The notes under the pieces: generated by a model | Databases searched by the model: none | What the model was told of the DNA's origin: nothing | The model's input: the letters and a program-made list of their open reading frames with translations, nothing else | Program-made: the position numbers and the translations under genes | Assembly: GCA_022763905.1 (NCBI GenBank) | Contig: JALERS010000129.1 | Coordinates: forward strand, 1 to 52,819 | Source: Prevotellaceae bacterium | Lineage (GTDB): Bacteria; Bacteroidota; Bacteroidia; Bacteroidales; Bacteroidaceae | Reading direction: 5' to 3' | DNA length: 52,819 nucleotides | In this document: piece after piece, positions 45,374-52,819 of the stretch | Layout: each line of letters opens with the position of its first letter | How positions within the stretch are numbered: the stretch's first letter is position 1

Positions 45374-46228
45374 TCAACTGTTGATGAGCAATTGCTGGGT
45401 ATAAACAAAGCAATCAGGGAAGATAGTGTTTAAGTCGGCATAAGGTTTTTGATGGAATAAGCCGAATACGGTGCTTCCACTTCCAGACATAGATGCATAC
45501 AGGGCATGCATGTCATATAGAGTCTCCTTGATGGCCTGTATATCGGGATGTTTTTTGAATACGCTTTTCTCGAAATCATTGATGACGGTGTCGCGCCATT
45601 CACTGATGGGGCGTTGTAAAGCGGAAGGAAGATGCACAGGTGCTTCCTTCCGGCATACTACTTCAGCGTATGCGTCACGTGTGCTGACAAGAATAGGAGG
45701 CTTGACGAGAACGAGCCATTTGTCTTTTAGAGAAAGAGAAACAGGTTGAAGGATGTCACCAATACCTGTTGCAAATGCTGGACGGTTGTCAATAAAAAAC
45801 GGACAATCAGCACCGAAAGACTTCAGACGTTGCTTGCATTCATCAGCTGATAAACCTAGATTGAATTTTTCGTTGAGCAATTGCATCATGAAAGCCGCAT
45901 CACTGCTTCCACCTCCCAGCCCAGCTCCCAAGGGTATTTTCTTGTCCAGACGGATGGAGCAAGGGGGGAGATGGAATTCTTGCTGTAATGAGGAGAAGAC
46001 TTTGATTACCAAATTGGTCTCGGGAGTTCCTGTAACGGGATGTCCCGTCAGTTCCAGTTGCCAAGGCTTGTCTTCGCTGTGAAGAAGATGGATATCCAGG
46101 TTATCTCTCAGTGGAATGGGGATGAATACGGTCTCCAGATTGTGGTATCCATCTGGGCGTTTGTCTAATATGAATAGTCCTAGATTGATTTTGGCATTAG
46201 GATGTACGGAGGAGAGGATATTGTACAT
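45374..46228 (-). CDS. ispE: 4-(cytidine 5'-diphospho)-2-C-methyl-D-erythritol kinase
   Basis: GHMP kinase with AKINLGLFILDKRPDGYHNLETVF and KKIPLGAGLGGGSSDAA. The start is moved to MYNILSS (ATG 46228), giving 284 aa; the track ORF extends to 46390. Confidence 0.9.
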   Translation of the reverse strand: MYNILSSVHPNAKINLGLFILDKRPDGYHNLETVFIPIPLRDNLDIHLLHSEDKPWQLELTGHPVTGTPETNLVIKVFSSLQQEFHLPPCSIRLDKKIPLGAGLGGGSSDAAFMMQLLNEKFNLGLSADECKQRLKSFGADCPFFIDNRPAFATGIGDILQPVSLSLKDKWLVLVKPPILVSTRDAYAEVVCRKEAPVHLPSALQRPISEWRDTVINDFEKSVFKKHPDIQAIKETLYDMHALYASMSGSGSTVFGLFHQKPYADLNTIFPDCFVYTQQLLINS

Positions 46229-46475
46229 AATGGTATTATATGAGAATAGAAAGTGAGATGTGCTCGGCAGATACGTTTGATTCCATAAGAACAGATGGCC
46301 TACATAAGGAAATTTCGCAGAAGCGGTTTGATTCCAATGATAGCACAAAGATATATTTTTTTTTATTCTTCTATCCGTTGACAGGGCCAAAAATCAATAT
46401 CCTTGCTGTAAGTAGGGGCAGTTTTTCTTTTTTTTGTTGACGGGCAGAATATGAAAGCAAATCAGGAGTTTTTAT

Positions 46476-46483
46476 TATCTTTG
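46476..46483 (+). promoter_or_regulatory. -7 box TATCTTTG upstream of dnaB
   Basis: TAnnTTTG match 38 nt upstream of the ATG at 46521. Confidence 0.5.
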
Positions 46484-46520
46484 CGTTCCGTTTCTCCTTC
46501 ATCAAATTTACACATTATTT

Positions 46521-48113
46521 ATGCCTACATCTCAGTCGTCATTTCCCGCCAAGCGCTCTCGTAAAAAGGAGGCCAGTCAAGAAGAAAATTTTGGTAGTCA
46601 TCTACAGCCCCAGGCACCCGAACTGGAAGCCGCTGTATTGGGCTCAATTATGGTGGAACATGATGCTTTCGCAGAAGTGTGTGACATCATTACTTCTGAA
46701 GAAACTTTCTATGAACCTCGCAATCAGAAGGTGTATGCTGCCATTATGCGCTTGTATACCAATGACCATCCTATTGATATGTTGTCAGTTACGGAGGAAT
46801 TGCGCAGACACGGAGAACTGGAGCAGGTGGGAGGTCCTTACTACATAGCCAAACTCTGTGATACGGTAAGTGGTTCGTTCAATGTGGAGTACTATGCTGC
46901 TATCATCCAGCAGAAATATATTTTCCGTCAGATTATTTCTTATTCCAGTCGTCTTCAGACGCAGGCGTTTGATGAGACAACCGAACTCAAGCAACTAATA
47001 GAGGATGCTGAAGCTGGTCTGTTTTCCATTACGCAGTTTAGCAGGAAGAAGGATTACACACAGATAGACCCCGTAGTTCAGGAAGCCTACAAGATGGTGC
47101 ATGATGCGGCAAGTCGTCCAGACGGACTCAATGGTATTGCCAGTGGATTTACTGCTCTTGACAAGGAGACCGGTGGTTGGCAGAAGTCTGACTTGATTAT
47201 CATTGCAGCACGTCCCGCGATGGGAAAGACTGCCTTTGCGCTCAGTATGGCCAAGAATATCTCTATTGATCAGGAGATACCCATGGCTTTCTTCTCCTTG
47301 GAAATGTCCAATATTCAGCTTATCAACCGTATGGTATGTAATCTGTGTAGCATTCCTGCTGACAAATTGCGTAACGGACAACTGGAGCCTTATGAGTGGG
47401 GACAACTGGACAGTAATATTAAGAAGATGAAGGGCAAACCGCTTTTCTTGGATGATACTTCGGGCTTGTCTATTTATGACCTGCGTAGCAAGGCACGCCG
47501 ACTCGTCAAAGAACACAATGTGCAGATTATAATGATAGACTATCTGCAACTGATGACTGCGGCACAAAGTCGTCCGGGCAATCGTCAGGAAGAGGTGAGT
47601 ACTATCAGTCGGTCGCTAAAAGGACTGGCCAAGGAACTGAATATCCCGATTATTGCATTGAGTCAGTTGAATAGAAATCTAGAGCAGCGTGGTGATGATA
47701 AAAGTAATGGCAATGGCGCCAGCAAGCGACCGCAGTTGAGCGACTTGAGAGAGTCGGGTGCCATTGAACAGGATGCTGATATTGTATGTATGATTCACCG
47801 TCCAGAATATTACAAGATATACAAGGACGAAAAGGGAAATGATATCAGGGGACTTGCGGAAATCATCATTGCCAAGCATAGAAATGGTGCTGTCGGTACT
47901 AAGTATCTGCGTTTTGTGGGAGTATACACTCGGTTTGAAAACTCGGAAGACAATATGGATGTTGAACAGGCTTATAGGATTAAGGATGGAACCAGGGAAT
48001 TCGCATCGTCTATGAATACTGTGGAATCGGAAGAAATACCACCCTATGCACCTCCTTTCAATGACAATACTTCAGACGACCCCTTGGGTAATGCCATCCA
48101 AGGAGACTTCTGA
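46521..48113 (+). CDS. dnaB: replicative DNA helicase DnaB
   Basis: 530 aa with PQAPELEAAVLGSIM, Walker A AARPAMGKTAFAL, IMIDYLQLM, and SQLNR...LSDLRESGAIEQDAD. Confidence 0.95.
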   Translation: MPTSQSSFPAKRSRKKEASQEENFGSHLQPQAPELEAAVLGSIMVEHDAFAEVCDIITSEETFYEPRNQKVYAAIMRLYTNDHPIDMLSVTEELRRHGELEQVGGPYYIAKLCDTVSGSFNVEYYAAIIQQKYIFRQIISYSSRLQTQAFDETTELKQLIEDAEAGLFSITQFSRKKDYTQIDPVVQEAYKMVHDAASRPDGLNGIASGFTALDKETGGWQKSDLIIIAARPAMGKTAFALSMAKNISIDQEIPMAFFSLEMSNIQLINRMVCNLCSIPADKLRNGQLEPYEWGQLDSNIKKMKGKPLFLDDTSGLSIYDLRSKARRLVKEHNVQIIMIDYLQLMTAAQSRPGNRQEEVSTISRSLKGLAKELNIPIIALSQLNRNLEQRGDDKSNGNGASKRPQLSDLRESGAIEQDADIVCMIHRPEYYKIYKDEKGNDIRGLAEIIIAKHRNGAVGTKYLRFVGVYTRFENSEDNMDVEQAYRIKDGTREFASSMNTVESEEIPPYAPPFNDNTSDDPLGNAIQGDF

Positions 48114-48184
48114 TTTATTGATGCCCGAGTGGGGACATCTACAAGTCATAGGGTGATTTTGAAGACTATATACGGGAAAATTAT

Positions 48185-48192
48185 TAATTTTG
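48185..48192 (+). promoter_or_regulatory. -7 box TAATTTTG upstream of pheT
   Basis: TAnnTTTG match 46 nt upstream of the ATG at 48238. Confidence 0.5.
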
Positions 48193-48237
48193 CAACACAT
48201 TTACCAACAGGATAAAAATATATACATACTTTTATTT

Positions 48238-50700
48238 ATGAATATTTCCTATAAATGGCTGAAAGAATACGTTGACCTGCCTCTTTCTCCCGAAGAGACC
48301 GCTGTTGCCCTGACCTCCATTGGTCTGGAGGTAGGCGGATTGGAAGAAGTAGAGAGTATTAGGGGAGGTTTAAAAGGTATTGTTACGGCTGAGGTCCTTA
48401 CATGCGAACCCCATCCTGACTCCGACCACATGCATGTGTGTATGGTGGACATCGGAGAGGCATCTCCGTCTCAGATAGTATGTGGAGCTCCCAATGTGGC
48501 AGCTGGACAGAAAGTGGTTGTGGCTACTATAGGTACAAAACTTTATGATGGTGACAAGGAATTTGTCATCAAGCGTGCCAAGCTTCGTGGCGTAGAAAGT
48601 TCAGGAATGATTTGTGCGGAAGATGAAATAGGAATCGGCAAAAGCCATGCTGGTATTATTGTCCTTCCGGCAGATACTCCTGTCGGTATGCCGGCAGCAG
48701 AATATTACCATCTGGAAAGCGATACGGTTATTGAGGTGGATATTACTCCCAATAGGGCAGATGCCTGCTCTCATTATGGAGTGGCACGCGACCTCTATGC
48801 ATGGCTTCAACAGAATGGATATGACAGTCATTTGCATCGACCGGATAACAATGCCTTTCGAGTAGACAACCATAATTTGGAGATAGCCGTAGAAGTAGAG
48901 GATACCAATCGCTGTATCAGGTATTCTGCTGTTACACTTACTGGATGCCATATTCAGGAAAGTCCCCAATGGCTCCAAACTGCATTGACTACCGTGGGAC
49001 TTCGTCCTGTCAACAATATAGTGGACATTACCAATTACATCATGTTGGCTTTCGGACAGCCGCTTCATTGTTTTGATGCGGATATGATAGATGGGAAGAA
49101 GGTGGTGGTCAAGACATTGCCTGCAGGTACTCCTTTCCAAACTCTGGATGGGGTGGAGCATCATTTGTCAGAAGATGATTTGATGATTTGTAATGGCAAC
49201 GAGCCCATGTGTTTGGCAGGTGTATTTGGAGGTAAAGGGTCTGGAACCTATGATACTACTACCAATGTATTGCTGGAAAGTGCCTGCTTCCATCCTACCA
49301 GTATCCGAAAAAGTGCACGCCGTCATGGCTTGTCAACCGATGCAAGTTTTAGGTTTGAAAGAGGTACTGACCCCAATGCTACTCTGTATGCACTAATGAG
49401 AGCAGCCTTGATGGTGAAAGAATTGGCTGGTGGAGACATCTCTATGGAGGTGAAGGATGTTTATCCTGCACCAGTAGCATCATTTGATGTTACACTCAAT
49501 TATGATTATGCCAATAACCTGATTGGCAAGCCGCTTGATAAGGATACTTACAAGAGTATTGCAGAAAGTTTGGAAATGAAGATTGTAGCGGAGTCTGATG
49601 AGGAAATCTGTTTACAAGTGCCCACCTATCGGGTTGACGTACAGCGTCCGTGCGATGTGGTGGAGGATATTTTGCGTATATATGGATATAATAACGTAGA
49701 AATCCCTGTGACTGTCCAGTCCGCCTTGACAGTGAAGGGGGAAGCCGACAGAAGCAACAAACTTCTGAATATCATCTCTGAACAACTCACGGCTCAGGGC
49801 TTCCATGAAATGGTCAATAATTCGCTTACCCGACAGGCTTACTATGAAGGATTGGATACATTTGCTTCTGAAGCTTGCGCAGGCATCTTGAATCCGTTGA
49901 GTGAAGATTTGAATGTGATGCGTCAGACCCTTCTGTTCGGAGGTTTGGAAGTTATTCGCTTTAATGTAAATCACAAAAAGCCCGATTTGATGCTGTATGA
50001 GACGGGAAATTGCTATCGATATGATGCTTCCCGTCACTCGGACGAAAAGCCTCTGTCTGCCTATCGCGAAGAACAGCATCTGGCTCTTTGGCTTACAGGC
50101 CATCATGTACAAGGCAGTTGGACTCATCCTGATGAGGCTATGTCGGTGTATATGCTCAAGGCATATGTGGAGAATGTGATGGACCGTTTAGGTGTCAACA
50201 GAAAAGCACTTGTCGAAAAAGTTGTTGTCAATGACATCTTTGCCAATGGTATTTCCTTGGAAACCAGAGATGGAAAGGTGATGGCACAATACGGTATAGT
50301 TCAGTCGAAGGTGACGGAAAGGGTGGATGTGAATGTACCCGTCTTTTATGCGGATATCAACTGGTCAGCCGTCATGAAGTTCATAGTCAAGAATAAGGTG
50401 GAATATACTGAAATCAGCCGTTTCCCTGTGGTGAGCAGAGATCTTGCCTTATTATTAGATAAGGATATTCCCTTCAGTAGTATTGAACAAGTGGCAGCCC
50501 AGACAGATCGTCGTCATATCCAACGGGTAGAACTCTTTGATGTCTATGAAGGGAAAAACCTTCCAGAAGGTAAAAAGAGCTATGCAGTGAATTTCATACT
50601 TCATGATGAAAACAAGACGATGAGTAATGAGCAGATTGAAAAAATCATGCAGAGTCTTGTGAAGAATCTGTGTGAGAAACTGGGAGCCTCGTTGAGGTGA
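48238..50700 (+). CDS. pheT: phenylalanine--tRNA ligase beta subunit
   Basis: It has the canonical N-terminus MNISYKWLKEYV, a tRNA-binding domain, and B3/4, B5 and FDX-ACB domains. The track start at 48190 is TTG; the ATG is at 48238, giving 820 aa. Confidence 0.95.
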   Translation: MNISYKWLKEYVDLPLSPEETAVALTSIGLEVGGLEEVESIRGGLKGIVTAEVLTCEPHPDSDHMHVCMVDIGEASPSQIVCGAPNVAAGQKVVVATIGTKLYDGDKEFVIKRAKLRGVESSGMICAEDEIGIGKSHAGIIVLPADTPVGMPAAEYYHLESDTVIEVDITPNRADACSHYGVARDLYAWLQQNGYDSHLHRPDNNAFRVDNHNLEIAVEVEDTNRCIRYSAVTLTGCHIQESPQWLQTALTTVGLRPVNNIVDITNYIMLAFGQPLHCFDADMIDGKKVVVKTLPAGTPFQTLDGVEHHLSEDDLMICNGNEPMCLAGVFGGKGSGTYDTTTNVLLESACFHPTSIRKSARRHGLSTDASFRFERGTDPNATLYALMRAALMVKELAGGDISMEVKDVYPAPVASFDVTLNYDYANNLIGKPLDKDTYKSIAESLEMKIVAESDEEICLQVPTYRVDVQRPCDVVEDILRIYGYNNVEIPVTVQSALTVKGEADRSNKLLNIISEQLTAQGFHEMVNNSLTRQAYYEGLDTFASEACAGILNPLSEDLNVMRQTLLFGGLEVIRFNVNHKKPDLMLYETGNCYRYDASRHSDEKPLSAYREEQHLALWLTGHHVQGSWTHPDEAMSVYMLKAYVENVMDRLGVNRKALVEKVVVNDIFANGISLETRDGKVMAQYGIVQSKVTERVDVNVPVFYADINWSAVMKFIVKNKVEYTEISRFPVVSRDLALLLDKDIPFSSIEQVAAQTDRRHIQRVELFDVYEGKNLPEGKKSYAVNFILHDENKTMSNEQIEKIMQSLVKNLCEKLGASLR

Positions 50701-50721
50701 GCCTATTCCTCACATATCTAT

Positions 50722-50729
50722 TAATTTTG
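50722..50729 (+). promoter_or_regulatory. -7 box TAATTTTG upstream of the yebC-family gene
   Basis: TAnnTTTG match 51 nt upstream of the ATG at 50780. Confidence 0.5.
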
Positions 50730-50779
50730 ACTGAAAAAATATTACTCAATATAGAACCTTTAAAATATAAATTACTCCA

Positions 50780-51502
50780 ATGGGAAGAGCATTTGAATAC
50801 AGAAAAGCAACCAAGCTCAAGAGGTGGGGACATATGGCCCGCACATTTACCAAAATCGGCAAGCAAATAGCTATCGCCGTAAAAGCTGGCGGTCCAGAAC
50901 CAGAAAACAATCCTACCTTGCGCGCCATCATTGCCAATGCCAAGCGTGAGAATATGCCCAAAGACAATATTGAACGCGCTATCAAGAACGCCATGGGAAA
51001 GGACCAGAGCGAATATAAAACTGTAACCTATGAAGGATATGGTCCTCATGGTGTAGCTGTATTTGTGGATACACTTACCGACAATACCACCCGTACTGTA
51101 GCAGACGTGCGCTCTGTTTTCAATAAGTTCAATGGTAACCTTGGAACCACTGGCTCTTTGGCTTTCCTTTTTGATCATAAGTGTGTATTCACTTTCAAGA
51201 AGAAGGAAGGGCTTGATATGGATGAAATGATTCTCGACTTGATAGATTATGGAGTAGAGGATGAATATGATGAAGACGAGGAAGAAAATAGCATTACCAT
51301 CTATGGAGATCCCAAAAGTTTTGGTGCCATTCAGAAACATTTGGAGGATGAAGGTTTTGATGTAGTCGGAGCCGAATTTACTTATATCCCTAATGATTTG
51401 AAGGAAGTTACCGACGAACAGCGTGAAACTATCGACAAGATGGTGGAGCGTTTGGAGGATTTTGATGATGTTCAGACTGTACACACTAATATGAAACCTT
51501 GA
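50780..51502 (+). CDS. YebC/PmpR-family DNA-binding transcriptional regulator
   Basis: 240 aa beginning MGRAFEYRKATKLKRWGHMARTFTKIGKQIAIAVKAGGPEPENNPTLR, a canonical YebC N-terminus. Confidence 0.9.
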   Translation: MGRAFEYRKATKLKRWGHMARTFTKIGKQIAIAVKAGGPEPENNPTLRAIIANAKRENMPKDNIERAIKNAMGKDQSEYKTVTYEGYGPHGVAVFVDTLTDNTTRTVADVRSVFNKFNGNLGTTGSLAFLFDHKCVFTFKKKEGLDMDEMILDLIDYGVEDEYDEDEEENSITIYGDPKSFGAIQKHLEDEGFDVVGAEFTYIPNDLKEVTDEQRETIDKMVERLEDFDDVQTVHTNMKP

Positions 51503-51524
51503 GTGTACAAACTTTTGATAAAGC

Positions 51525-51565
51525 AACAGGCCATCCTTGTATATGATAGAAGGGTGGCCTGTTTT
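51525..51565 (+). terminator. rho-independent terminator after the yebC-family gene
   Basis: A 12-bp stem, AACAGGCCATCC (51525-51536) pairing with GGGTGGCCTGTT (51552-51563), with one G-U pair, followed by TTTT. Confidence 0.7.
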
Positions 51566-51964
51566 GGTAGTGTGTCGGGCATAACACTAACCTAGCCGAT
51601 TCAACCCCAGCTGCGGGTATGTATTGCCAAGCGAAGCTAATGGCAAGTCGTTGTCAGTAATGGCAAGAATGGAGGAAGCCATGCAGCGAGACTCTCAAGT
51701 CTACGGACAGAAACTTAGTATAAAACAAAAAGGGAAAGGATAAAACTACAAAAACAAGTCGAAGTCCGAAAGTGAGGAAGACAGACGTGGAGGAACCTTA
51801 AACGTCCTAGTAGCTGGGACAATCCCTGTATTAATTGAAAAGTAGATTCAAGTTAATTGGAAAGTGGTAGTATCCGTGAATATTCTTAATCCTCTCGGAA
51901 GCGTTGAAACGACAGTTTGAGGAATGGGAGAATAATAGAGTCATTTCATAGCTTTCCCGTTTAA

Positions 51965-52309
51965 GTCAAGTGCATCTCACTGGATGCCAGGAATCCTATT
52001 GAGGTGGTGTTCGGACATGAGGTAACACATGGTTTGCGCAAGCAGTCAGAGGAAGCATACCAGTCTCTCCGCAATGCTGTCATGGCTACTATTTCTTCCG
52101 ATGCGTTTAAGGCAAGAGTGGCAAGTACGAAGAGGCTCTATGAGGACGCTGGACAGAAAGGGAACGATGAATACTATGAAGAGGAAGCTGTATGCGATTG
52201 GGTAGGCGAATTGGTTGGCAAGTCTGATATTCTCTCCCATCTGAAGCGCAATGCTGACTATAAGGTATTGGGATGGATGCATTCCGTAGCCAAGTCAATC
52301 ATGGCTTAG
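51965..52309 (+). pseudogene. isolated fragment of an HExxH zinc-metallopeptidase domain protein (open from stop TAA 51962-51964; no ATG)
   Basis: The frame reads VKCISLDARNPIEVVFGHEVTHGLRKQSEEAYQSLRNAV...; the only start available is GTG at 52004. FGHEVTHG is an HExxH motif with no upstream domain. The preceding 400 nt contain only short broken frames. Confidence 0.45.
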
Positions 52310-52418
52310 TAGAAATTGAGTGGGGATTGTATTGAATAATTTTGGCTCAGTAGATAATGGGGAGACACTCGTTGAGAACGGAGAAGATATTTGTCGGAAA
52401 GACCTCTTCTGACTTCCC
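52305..52418 (-). repeat. R repeat, copy 3 (inverted relative to copies 1 and 2)
   Basis: CTTAGTAGAAATTGAGTGGGGATTGTATTGAAT matches the reverse complement of 8846-8888 with 5 mismatches over 33 nt. The far end GTCGGAAAGACCTCTTCTGACTTCCC matches the reverse complement of the start of R1. An internal partial duplicate CTCAGTAGATAATGGGGA lies at 52346-52363. Confidence 0.65.
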
Positions 52419-52465
52419 AGAAGATATCAACAGAGAGAATAAAGTCACTCTTACATCTATCTCTT

Positions 52466-52487
52466 GCGTTCAGCCTAGGCTGAACGC
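52466..52487. repeat. perfect 22-nt palindrome GCGTTCAGCCTAGGCTGAACGC
   Basis: Read directly from the sequence. The core GTTCAGCCTAGGCTGAAC is identical to the copy at 52533-52552. Confidence 0.9.
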
Positions 52488-52532
52488 TCAAATATATTGA
52501 TTGAAATCTCCATTTATATTGACTTCTTTCAC

Positions 52533-52552
52533 CGTTCAGCCTAGGCTGAACG
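52533..52552. repeat. perfect 20-nt palindrome CGTTCAGCCTAGGCTGAACG (second copy)
   Basis: Read directly from the sequence. It lies 45 nt downstream of the first copy, across AT-rich sequence. Confidence 0.9.
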
Positions 52553-52819
52553 CAAAAACAAGTTGGATGCAGGGAAATGAGGAGATGCTCTTTGTCTCTT
52601 ATTCTAATGGCAAATGAGGAATCAACTGCCTTTGCAGAAACAGAGCAGGGTGAAAAATGAAAAGTTGCGAAGTAAGAAACAGACAATGTCAGCAACAATC
52701 TATTTCTTATTATTCCGTCATCAATTTATCCCGGAAATGCAATCAGAGAAGGACGCTTCGTACCATCATCTTGCTTTTAACGGCTTGCCCGACAAACTAT
52801 ATTCCCTCATTTCTGTAAT

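Noticed and set aside
46275-46336. 11-nt direct repeat GTTTGATTCCA (46275-46285 and 46326-46336) in the putative ispE leader, downstream of a possible minus-strand -7 box at 46346-46353
   Set aside because: A single pair of short repeats, with no associated structure or known motif that I can name. This is too weak to call regulatory.
46995-47567. Long antisense or overlapping ORFs inside confidently assigned genes (for example 46995-47567, 48601-49164, 49612-50127, 37580-38080, 26218-26820, 18433-19014, 12185-12760, 11681-12040, 6334-6888, 1086-1445, 41154-41474, 42159-42483)
   Set aside because: Each lies entirely within a gene whose other-strand or other-frame product has clear family motifs. 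None shows a motif of its own. They are shadow ORFs.
46521-48113. DnaB is somewhat long (530 aa); considered an intein or inserted domain
   Set aside because: The extra length lies in unstructured N- and C-terminal tails and one short G/N/K-rich loop. The Walker motifs are contiguous, and no intein splicing blocks (C/S...HN-C/S/T) are visible.
50645-51526. 293-aa ORF antisense to the yebC-family gene
   Set aside because: The plus-strand product has unmistakable YebC sequence. The antisense frame is hydrophobic low-complexity shadow typical of the opposite strand of a real gene.
52306-52698. 130-aa minus-strand ORF across the palindrome region
   Set aside because: It contains VQPRLN twice only because the palindrome core translates identically on both strands. 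The rest is low-quality sequence with no recognisable family, and its 3' end is simply R repeat copy 3.
52737-52819. Open frame starting at ATG 52737 (MQSEKDASYHHLAFNGLPDKLYSLISV...) running off the right edge
   Set aside because: Only 27 codons are visible and I recognise no family. It cannot be evaluated without the adjoining sequence.

Overview
The window is mostly a core-genome segment of a Bacteroidota chromosome. That assignment is an inference from four signals: recurring TAnnTTTG -7 promoter boxes, a T9SS C-terminal sorting domain, the Bat aerotolerance operon, and an rpmB-rpmG-DUF4295 cluster. The gene content looks Bacteroidales/Prevotella-like. About 50 housekeeping genes are confidently readable. 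They include nadC, rlmH, a phosphoglucomutase, fabI, apt, map, tsaD, rpmB/rpmG, ftsY, rimO, two HU paralogues, lptB, rsmG, maeB, mltG, malQ, ispE, dnaB, pheT and yebC, plus one tRNA-Thr(CGU). A complete moxR-DUF58-batA-batB/C-batD-batE operon is present. There are no rRNA genes, CRISPR arrays, cas genes, reverse transcriptases or recognisable defence genes. I do not see a convincing new multi-gene system. What the gene list does not explain sits in four small accessory patches. (1) The left edge carries an IS110-family transposase 3' end followed by a promoter-like box and hairpins. (2) A 1.35-kb ORF-poor gap lies between the phosphoglucomutase gene and fabI. (3) An AT-rich islet between a lipoprotein gene and maeB holds an orphan helicase-associated-domain mini-ORF. 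(4) A decayed region after yebC contains an HExxH peptidase fragment and two identical palindromes. These patches are linked by two short repeat families that I could trace by eye. One is a roughly 180-250 bp element with identical flanks and a variable array of 22-bp tandem units (2 copies). The other is a 65-115 bp repeat ending in CCACTCAATTTCTACTGAG (3 copies plus a hairpin built from two inverted termini). All start-codon revisions and coordinates were made by hand, and no database search was possible.
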